Source: an uncultured bacterium
GTDB lineage: Bacteria > Actinomycetota > Geothermincolia > Geothermincolales > Geothermincolaceae
Assembly (NCBI GenBank): GCA_963765625.1
Contig: CAVXXD010000013.1
Location: 103,394-167,393, forward strand
DNA length: 64,000 nucleotides
Reading direction: 5' to 3'
Shown: piece after piece, positions 58,517-64,000 of the stretch
Layout: each line of letters opens with the position of its first letter
How positions within the stretch are numbered: the stretch's first letter is position 1
The notes under the pieces: model-generated
Databases searched by the model: none
What the model saw: only the letters and a program-made list of their open reading frames with translations
Told to the model about the DNA's origin: nothing
Program-made: the position numbers and the translations under genes

Positions 58517-59200
58517 GTGTTTACGGGAGTCGCCCTCTGCTTGCTGGTGGTCCTGGTCATCCCGCTGTCGGTCGCAGTTTTTCCGGAGGACAAGAACCGC
58601 CCAGAGGACGTGGTGCGCCAGTTCATTGAATCAAGCTATGTGAACTTTGACCCCGAGATCATCGTTGGGCTTTTCTCCCCGGAAGATATCGCGGTATTAA
58701 GGGAGATCTATGGTGAGTATTTTGAGACATGCTTTCAGCATCACTTCGATCCCGATCCTTATGACGAAAAGGGATACGATATCCAGAGCATATCCATTGA
58801 AACCGATATAAGGGGGTCTTCTGCGCTTGTCTATCTATCCGCTGAGGGGACCTTTCTCGATGTAGAACACTACTGGAAATATAATTCCGTCAGACCCTTG
58901 CAGGATGATCCGAGATTTTCCGGCGCGCCCTACAGGCTCGAGAAGGTCGACGGTCAGTGGTACTTCGACCCCGTATTTATCCTTGGTGTAGTGAATTACG
59001 GAGCATTTCATGATGCACGCGAAGATGAGTATACAGAAGTGTTGAGGCATGCAATCGAGGATATCCCGGAGACGGAAAACTTGGATGTTGTTTTTCAATC
59101 GTGGAAAGAAGAATTGGAAGAGGAGAAGGAGAAGCTCCGGGAAGATATGAGTGATCCCGAGTGGCGGCCTGCATATATCGACCCTCCCGGTTTTTTCTAA
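58517..59200 (+). CDS. hypothetical protein with N-terminal TM/signal segment, in a low-GC island
   Basis: 227 aa ORF; local GC about 48% versus about 65% flanking; no recognised motif. Confidence 0.4.
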   Translation: MFTGVALCLLVVLVIPLSVAVFPEDKNRPEDVVRQFIESSYVNFDPEIIVGLFSPEDIAVLREIYGEYFETCFQHHFDPDPYDEKGYDIQSISIETDIRGSSALVYLSAEGTFLDVEHYWKYNSVRPLQDDPRFSGAPYRLEKVDGQWYFDPVFILGVVNYGAFHDAREDEYTEVLRHAIEDIPETENLDVVFQSWKEELEEEKEKLREDMSDPEWRPAYIDPPGFF

Positions 59201-59334
59201 CAACTTCAGGATCATGTCTGGCGATATCTCCACCTTGAAGACCGTTATGGACAAACTGAAAGACAATCCATGTCTACGACGCATGGGCTGTCCCGATCTG
59301 GACAGGTATCTCCGACATCCTTCTTCAGGGCTAT

Positions 59335-59877
59335 AGGGTTTCGGAGGACATCTCCCTGCCGGTCTCCAGCTCGACGACGCGCACCGTGCCGTCCTCGAAG
59401 AAGGCCGGCCGAGGCGGGGTTGCCGCCCATGGGGATGGAGATGCTGCCGGGGTTGACCAGCAGCAGGGAGCCATAGCGCTTGACGCCCGGCAGGTGGGTG
59501 TGGCCGCGCACCACCACGTGGGCGCGGTAGCTTGAGCCCAGTTCGGCCAGGTCTTCTTCTTTATCCTGATGGCCGTGGATGACCAGGAAGTCCCAGTCGC
59601 CCAGGCGGGCCAGGATGAAGGGCACGATGGGCGCGTCGAGGGCGAAGTCGTCCACCTCGGAGTCGCAGTTGCCCTTGGCGTGGAGGATGGGGATGGGGCT
59701 GGAGTTCATCATCTCCACCAGGTTCTTGGGGTAATAAGAAGGCAGGACGGGGTTGAAGGCCCCGTTGTAGAAGTGGTCGCCGGCGTGGAGGATGTAGTCG
59801 CAGCCTTCGAAGAGGCTCGTCGCCTTCTCCCAGGCTTCGACGTCTCCATGGGTATCGCTGACCAGCCCTATCTTCAT
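59335..59877 (-). CDS. YfcE-like metallophosphoesterase, one frameshift near 59385
   Basis: MKIGLVSDTHGD...HAGD...GNCD...HGH...RGHTH motifs; correct C-terminus (AFFEDGTVRVVELETGREMSSETL) is in another frame. Confidence 0.65.
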
Positions 59878-59970
59878 GGCGCCCCTCTCCTTTCTTTTCC
59901 GTCTTCTCCAACGATTATCATACCAGAGAGAGATTTGATTAAAACCGAATGGAAGAGTTGAGGAGGAGCC

Positions 59971-60663
59971 ATGCAAGAACTCACTGGAGCCCTGGCCGCG
60001 AACCCCTATCCGGGGCGAGGCTTACTTTGCGCGCGGACCCTGGGGGGCGGCGTGGTCGGCGGGTACTTCGTCACCGGGCGGAGCGACGCGTCGCGCGAAC
60101 GCGAGATAAGGACGGTCGACACGGTATCCCTGGCCGTCGTAGCCAAGGGCGACGTGGGCTTCGACCCGCTGCGCCACTACCAGGCCGTGAAGATGTTGCC
60201 CGGCTGGGTCGTGCTGGGCAACGGGTCGCAGGTCTCCACGGTAGCCGACCGGCTGGCCGATGGCGAACCGCCCGCGGTTGCCCTGGACAACCTGGAACAC
60301 GAGCCGGACGGGCCCATCTTCACCGACCGCATCACCGCTATCTTCGAGCGCCCAGCGGGGAAATTGGCGGTGATGGGGGCGGCGCGTAAGAGCAAGGGGT
60401 CGAGGGTGAGTAGCAACATCGTCACCTTTACCTTGCGTGACCTGGAGCCCGGGGAAGGCGTGCTGCTGACCACGTACATGTCGGACGGCCAGGTCATCGA
60501 AGGCGGGGAGTTCACCGAGGTGAGCCTGGGAGCGGCCTGCGGCAGCAGCGCCGGGGATCTGCTCGAGGCGATGTGGGAGGCGCTGAACCCGGCCTACCGG
60601 GTATCGGCCGTGGTGCTGCCGGTCGAAGCGGAGATCGCCGCAGCGCTCATCCGCAATACGTAG
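59971..60663 (+). CDS. PurO-like IMP cyclohydrolase family protein (tentative)
   Basis: Overall pattern (NPYPGRGLLCARTLGGGVVGGYFVTGRS...VSLAVVAKGD...VVLGNGSQVSTVADRL) resembles archaeal-type PurO/NTN-hydrolase fold; low certainty. Confidence 0.35.
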   Translation: MQELTGALAANPYPGRGLLCARTLGGGVVGGYFVTGRSDASREREIRTVDTVSLAVVAKGDVGFDPLRHYQAVKMLPGWVVLGNGSQVSTVADRLADGEPPAVALDNLEHEPDGPIFTDRITAIFERPAGKLAVMGAARKSKGSRVSSNIVTFTLRDLEPGEGVLLTTYMSDGQVIEGGEFTEVSLGAACGSSAGDLLEAMWEALNPAYRVSAVVLPVEAEIAAALIRNT

Positions 60664-60684
60664 CGGCGCTTTGTAAAAGAAAAA

Positions 60685-60736
60685 GACCGGGCGGGAACCT
60701 TCGGAGCATGTTCCCGTCCAGTCTTTTTCTTCTTTT
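60685..60736. terminator. terminator hairpin between convergent PurO-like and PD40 genes
   Basis: GACCGGGCGGGAAC ... GTTCCCGTCCAGTC stem (two G-U wobbles) followed by TTTTTCTTCTTTT. Confidence 0.55.
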
Positions 60737-63342
60737 CAGGGCATGTACCCCACCACGTCGTGCCCCCCGGTCCAGGCCCCGCGGAAGTTGAAGTACATGG
60801 GGCGCTCCACGATCACCGGTTGGTCGGAGGCCAGGCCGGCGCAGAGGGAGAGGCCGGAACCCGCGTCGGTGTTGACGTTGACGGTGGCGCGGGAGTTGGC
60901 CGCCACGGTGAAAGCGTCCTTGACGATGGGGGCGCCGCCCTCGGGGTAATATACGATCTCCACGCTGGCCGCGGTGGGTCCGGGGTTCTGGATGCAGAGC
61001 CACTCCTCGAAACCGTCCCCGGTGTAGCCCTCGGCGAAGAACCACTCGGTGGCCTGGGCCGTAGCCCCGATGACGCAGTGGCCCCCGGTCCAGTCCCAGG
61101 AAGCCGTACCCGTGTAGTAGAAATACATGGGGCGTTCGGCCAGAAAGTCGGAGGCCGAAGAGAGGTGGACACTGACGTCCTGATCAGTGCCTACCACGTC
61201 GGGAACGTATACGGTTACGCGGGTGTTGGCCGGGATCTCGTAATAATCGGTAACCGGGGTGCCCGAACCGAGCTGGTAGACGGCATCGACGGTGATAGCG
61301 GAGCTGCCCGGATTCTGCAGGGTCAGCCACTCCTCGAAACCGTCCCCGGTGTAGCCCTCGGCGAAGTAGTAATCCTTTGAAAGGGTGGGCACTCCCATCA
61401 CGCAGTGACCACCGGTCCAGCCCCAGTAGGCCGTTCCCTGGTAGCTGAAGTACATAGGCCTCTCGGCTACCACCGGGACGTCGGAGGTGAGCGCCAGGGA
61501 GGTCTGGTAGGACACGCCCCCCAGCAGGTCGTTGGCCTTGAAAGTGGCACGGGAGTGGGCGGGTACACCGAAGTCGCCCTCCGGCTCTATCAGCCCGGCT
61601 TCCTGGGTCTGAAAGTGGAACTTGAGCTTGGCCGGGTCATCCCCCGGGTTGAGCACGCAGATCCACTCGTCGAAGCCCGGGCCGGTGTAGCCCTCGGCGA
61701 AGTACCAGGTCTCCGAGGTGGAGGTAGCCCCCACGGCGTCGTGGCCCCCGGTCCAGCTCTCTCCCGCCCCGGTGTAGTCGAAGTACATGGGGCGCTCGGC
61801 CACGAAAGGGGAAGCGGCAGTGCACTGGATGGAGACGTTGCGGTCCGCTCCCACCTCGGCGTTGACGTCGGCGGTGAAGCGGGACAGCGCCGGGACGGTG
61901 TAGGTCGTCGGCATGCGAGGTACCGTCGGCGAAGAGGTAGGTGACGCCCACCGCCACTTCGGTATCGCCCGGGTTGCCCAGGCAGAGGTATTCCTGGAAG
62001 CCGGGGCCGGTGTAGCCCTCGGCGAAGTAGAAGGTGAAGCCGGGCGAGGCCAGCTCTTTGCGGAAGACCTGCATAACGGTGGTGGCATATCCCAGGTTGG
62101 TGGCATCCGACGCGAAAGAGACGTACCTGGCGTCGGGAGTCATGTCGGGATTCTCACTCCAGTCGTTTCCCGAGGTACCGGAGGCATCGGATGAACACGA
62201 TGATGATCTCGCCGGTGTCCATGTCCTTGCAGGTAGACCTGGCGGTGGGGGTCGCTGCCGGGCACCAGGTTTTGGAGAAGGAATCGAAGGCCACGCACTG
62301 CCCCGTGGACCGGAGATGGAGGCGCTTACGCTGTTGAGGTTGCCCTTGATGCCCGGTTTCGTCGCAGGAAACCAGGGCGACCTCGCCGGTTTCCAGGTCC
62401 TTGCGAAAGATCTGGGTGCCGTCGGAGCCCGGCACCAGGTTGGAGGAGGAAGATTGAAAGACCACGAACCTGCCGTCGGCCGTGATGCCCGCGGGATATG
62501 AGTTCGGGTTGCCCATGTTGTCGCCGGTATCACCGGAGACCAGCAGGACTTCCCCGGTCTGAAGGTCCTTGCGGTAGTCCTGCCAGTAGGAACTGGACCC
62601 GTATCCAAGGTTGTCGGCGATGGATTGAAAGGCCACGTACCTCGCGTCGGGGGTAAGCCGCGGATTTTGCGAAGGCCACGCACCGACGACCCCCGAAGCG
62701 TTGGTGGAACAAATCGTTACGGTGCCGGTGTCCATGTCCTTGAGGAAAACCTGGATCTGGGTAGTGCCCGGAGTCACGAGGTTGGTGGCCCTGGAGTCGA
62801 AGGCTACGTACCTGCCGTCGGCGGAGGGGGAAGGAGCGGATTGAGAGTCGTCGTTCCCCTGGGTGCCGGAGGAGTCGCAGGAACAGAGCTTCACTTCCCC
62901 GGTGTCCATATCCTTGCGGTAGACATGGTACTTGCCGTTGTCGGCCCCGGCCACCAGGTTGGTCGACGGGCTGTAGAAGAAGACGTATCTGCCGTCGGCG
63001 GACATGTCAGGCATACTGCTGGCGGAATTGCCCAGGGTACCGGTGGAATCGCAGGAGACAACGGCTATCGCGCCGGTCTGGAGGTCCTTGCGGCAGATAT
63101 TAGTGAAGGTCGAACCCGGGATGAGGTTGCCCGCGGAGGTCTGAAAAGCGACATATCTGCCGTCGTCCGATATACGGGATATCCAGCTCATGGCGTCGCC
63201 TTGTACGCCCGAGGCGGTGCAGGAGGCGAGCACGACGTCGCCCTCCGCCGCCTGACGCCCCGGAAACCCCCAGGGCCGGCAAGGCCAGCGCCAGTATGCA
63301 ACAGATGAGCATCAATCGCATCAGTGAAGATGTTTTCTTCAT
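60736..63342 (-). pseudogene. secreted PD40/TolB-like beta-propeller protein with four C-terminal ~105-aa W[YF]FAEGYTG modules. Interrupted by about six frameshifts (about 61912, 62160-62350, 63240), possibly assembly errors
   Basis: Signal peptide (MKKTSSLMRLMLICCILALALPALG in the 63100-63342 frame). PD40 repeats (SADGRYVAF.S.ATNLV...DTG...VS). Four modules (W[YF]FAEGYTG.GF.E[WY]L...NPG...AERPMYF) spread over three reading frames; ends HDVVGYMP. Confidence 0.5.
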
Positions 63343-63393
63343 GGATATACCCCCTCCGTTTTTAACGCCCTTTTTCTTCTCAATATTATAAGG

Positions 63394-64000
63394 TCAAGGA
63401 AAATCGTGCGGAGGGTGGACGGGGTGGGCGCCGTGGCCCATCTCCAGGGCCCTCTCGATGGCCGCGGTCACCAGCCTTTTGGCGTGCCCCACCGCGGTGG
63501 AGAGGTCTTCGCCCTTGGCCAGGAAGGCGGCGATGGCGGCCGAAAAGGTGCAACCCGAGCCGTGCGGGTTGACGCCGGCGATGCGCGGCGCGGTGAATTC
63601 TTCAACCAGGCCGTCGCCGGTGTAGAGCAGGTCGACGGCTTCTTTTTTATCCGGGTCCACGTGTCCCCCCTTGATCACCACGGCACGCGGGCCGGTGGCG
63701 AGGATGTGCCGGGCCGCTTCGTCGAAGCCTTTGCGGTCGCGGGGTGAGAAGCCGGCCAGCTTCGCGGCTTCCGCCAGGTTGGGGGTGACCACCGTGGCCA
63801 GGGGGAAGAGCTCGGAGACCAGCGTGCCGACCGCTTCTTCGTCCAGCAGGGAGTGGCCGCTGGTGGAGATCATCACCGGGTCGACCACGAGGTTTACAAC
63901 CTGGTACTCGCGCAGGGTGGCGGCAACGGTATGGATGATAGGGGCACTCGCCAGCATGCCCGTCTTGGCCGCGGCCACCGGCAGGTCGTCGAGGATGGCC
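63394..64000 (-). CDS. thiD: hydroxymethylpyrimidine/phosphomethylpyrimidine kinase (partial, N-terminus beyond window)
   Basis: PfkB/ThiD C-terminal motifs (VVDPVMISTSG, VVTPNLAEA, AVVIKGGH, GSGCTFSAAIAAFLAKG). Confidence 0.75.
   Translation of the reverse strand, partial: AILDDLPVAAAKTGMLASAPIIHTVAATLREYQVVNLVVDPVMISTSGHSLLDEEAVGTLVSELFPLATVVTPNLAEAAKLAGFSPRDRKGFDEAARHILATGPRAVVIKGGHVDPDKKEAVDLLYTGDGLVEEFTAPRIAGVNPHGSGCTFSAAIAAFLAKGEDLSTAVGHAKRLVTAAIERALEMGHGAHPVHPPHDFP

Noticed and set aside
1-64000. CRISPR arrays, cas genes, restriction-modification, toxin-antitoxin, transposases, integrases, phage genes
   Set aside because: Looked for direct-repeat arrays and for hallmark motifs (DDE transposase, tyrosine recombinase R..HxxR..Y, HNH, methyltransferase DPPY/FxGxG) in all intact ORFs; none found. 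The repeats present are short palindromic elements, not CRISPR.

Overview
High-GC (about 64-66% by eye) bacterial chromosomal window with AGGAGG-type Shine-Dalgarno sites. The gene content looks like an anaerobic monoderm-type organism (Actinobacteriota- or Firmicutes-like MAG), but taxonomy cannot be fixed from sequence alone. Clearly recognisable core genes: HU (114-398, -), plsC, dapF, trxB-trxA, the conserved rpsF-ssb-rpsR-rplI-dnaB operon (22229-18947, -), rpmB, tRNA-Thr(UGU), rlmB-yacP and a partial thiD at the right edge. The rest is accessory: four CrtI/phytoene-desaturase-family FAD oxidoreductases (one fused to an N-terminal membrane domain, two adjacent); a TetR-FGGY kinase-RuBisCO-like-protein operon; a CooT Ni-binding protein beside a BcrA/HgdC-type activase; a radical SAM/SPASM enzyme beside the tRNA; output-less HAMP membrane sensors; a GAF-GGDEF protein with a degenerate GGDEF motif; and an ABC-2 transporter with a PLDc_N partner. 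The most unusual feature is a family of about 105-aa tandem modules (signature W-[YF]-[LF]-A-E-G-x-T-x-x-G-F-[ED]-[TE]-[WF]...N-P...V-x-E-R-[SAP]-M-Y) forming the C-terminal halves of three different secreted proteins: a YVTN beta-propeller protein (11191-14955), a DUF4397 protein (22738-24027) and a PD40/TolB-like propeller protein (60736-63342). I did not recognise the module as a named family. Two small dispersed palindromic repeat families sit at gene 3' ends, and a G-rich GTGGAGG-repeat motif occurs twice upstream of genes. About 20 single-nucleotide frameshifts interrupt otherwise good genes across the window, including housekeeping rlmB and an ABC ATPase. This pattern fits consensus indel errors better than true pseudogenes, so pseudogene calls here are provisional. 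Many long ORFs in the six-frame track are antisense artefacts of high GC and were rejected.
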